A stretch of DNA of 63,740 bases, counting the filler, from Octopus bimaculoides (taxonomy: Eukaryota): assembly GCF_001194135.2 (NCBI RefSeq). It is 7 parts of 6 records of this genome, joined end to end, with 100 filler letters (N's around TTAATTAATTAA, not from the genome) between each part and the next. Parts side by side here need not be neighbours in the genome. Positions count along the whole stretch, not along the records: positions 62,658 to 63,740 come from NW_026403692.1; 6 more parts are not named here. The stretch is one strand, 5' to 3'. This document shows, one piece after another, positions 62,601-63,740 of the stretch. Numbering within the stretch: the first letter of the stretch is position 1; every line of letters starts with the position of its first letter. The notes below the pieces were generated by a model. That model was not told the origin of the DNA, searched no databases, and saw only the letters and a program-made list of their open reading frames with translations. A program made the position numbers and the translations under genes.

Positions 62601-63195
62601 NTTAATTAATTAANNNNNNNNNNNNNNNNNNNNNNNNNNNNNNNNNNNNNNNNNNNNCCTTACTACTAATATGTCCAAATCTTACCCACAAATAATCTTC
62701 AAAACATCAATACACCGCCGCACATGTCATCAAAAGACTTATGCTATGGCTACCCGCACCAACGGGAAATACTAATGGATCATCCTAACACGACACTCGC
62801 CACAACAAAGTCTAGTATTTAGCAAAGTTTCTCTACTAGTGCCTCGCCTATGTTACATTTCACTTCCGTGCACTTTATGCTACTGGAAAGGACTCTCTAC
62901 GTGCATAATACTAAGGCCCCCATCAAGTGAAGTGAGTAGCGCATGATGGGATATTTCACAGCGAGCGATGTTGTCCGCGGTAAACAAGCAATACTGCTTA
63001 TGACAACAAACTTCATCGAAAGTATGCTAATTGCAACTGGCCGGCAAAGACAAAGCGACAGATGTTGAGATGTGAGTAAAATAAAACTCAGTAATACACA
63101 TACAAGATAACAAAAATTCAATTCATAACCACACAACGGTTTCCTACGTTCAGACGGTTTATTACAGAAAACGGTTCGAATGACACCTCTTTATC

Positions 63196-63287
63196 GTTCA
63201 CGGCCATATCACTTTGAAAACACCGGTTCTGGTCCGATCACCGAAGTTAAGCAAAGTCGAGCCTAGTTAGTACTTAGATAGGTGACC
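63196..63287 (+). pseudogene. 5S rRNA-derived fragment, 3'-truncated (5S pseudogene or SINE3 head)
   Basis: gttcacggccatatcactttgaaaacaccggttctggtccgatcaccgaagttaagcaaagtcgagcctagttagtacttagataggtgacc follows molluscan 5S nt 1-92 (box A agttaagc, mutated box C). The GCCTGGGAATACCGGGTGCTGTAG 3' arm is absent. Confidence 0.88.
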
Positions 63288-63518
63288 AGTGCTCTCAGCG
63301 TGAAATGGCCATAAGCGATTACCAACCTGCCATTTAGTACCTTTATTCTAATAAACGACTAAATGCAAGCACCTTTTAACATTTTACAATCTATACTCAC
63401 ATTTGCCACAATTTTCAAATTTTTACTCAACTTTTCTTCTACCAGTTCACTATTGCATCGGCTGAGCAAACTTTCTTTGTTTCTTTTATTCTAACTCCCA
63501 AATACACCACTAGCAACC

Positions 63519-63610
63519 AAGGGCCCGGGAACAGGGGGTGCAGCGGGTGCACCCGCACCTCCTAGAATTTTCAGGGGGTGCAAGATCAAAATTTGCACCC
63601 CCTACATAAT
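63519..63610 (+). mobile_element. GC-rich, hairpin-rich segment resembling the end of a non-autonomous DNA transposon (MITE)
   Basis: Perfect 14-bp palindrome gcgggtgcacccgc (63543-63556) and an 11-bp stem agggggtgcaa/ttgcaccccct (63573-63603) in an AT-rich context. The other end is not visible. Confidence 0.4.
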
Positions 63611-63740
63611 CTTACCAGTTGCAGAAAAAAAGTGTCTAAAATCTATCGGTATAAAATGGTTAAGTTCTATCTCGTTTCAAAACAAAGAAAAAAATAAATA
63701 TATGAATAAATAAAAGTGATGAAGCTAGCATAAAATTCCC

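Overview
Eukaryotic, intron-rich draft-genome window dense in microsatellites and SINEs. The SINE families, the mollusc-type 5S fragment and the repeat load point to an octopod cephalopod, probably Octopus (inference). No prokaryotic features or CRISPR arrays. (1) A + strand calpain gene: 12 visible phase-compatible exons, 1242-12092, with the CysPc core (His and Asn motifs visible, catalytic-Cys exon not visible and probably in the 2353-3106 gap) plus a C2-like domain III, and apparently no penta-EF-hand. (2) A - strand laminin alpha-chain fragment: 15 contiguous phase-compatible exons, 55884 down to 43227, about 745 aa of coiled coil plus LG1-LG2, with LG3 scraps around the 41704-42621 gap. 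(3) A near full-length degenerate R4/Dong-clade non-LTR retrotransposon (RT plus restriction-like endonuclease), about 30236-34020, flanked by CATA repeats. (4) Penelope GIY-YIG and RTE RT remnants in calpain introns, and two repeat families in calpain introns that carry hammerhead-ribozyme-like motifs. (5) Many tRNA-derived SINEs (CORE-type, Meta-like, RTE-tailed), some as inverted pairs; a 39-bp minisatellite; a 3'-truncated 5S rRNA copy. Six artificial N44-TTAATTAATTAA-N44 spacers divide the window, so long-range adjacency is uncertain. All coordinates were read by eye; repeat boundaries are approximate.
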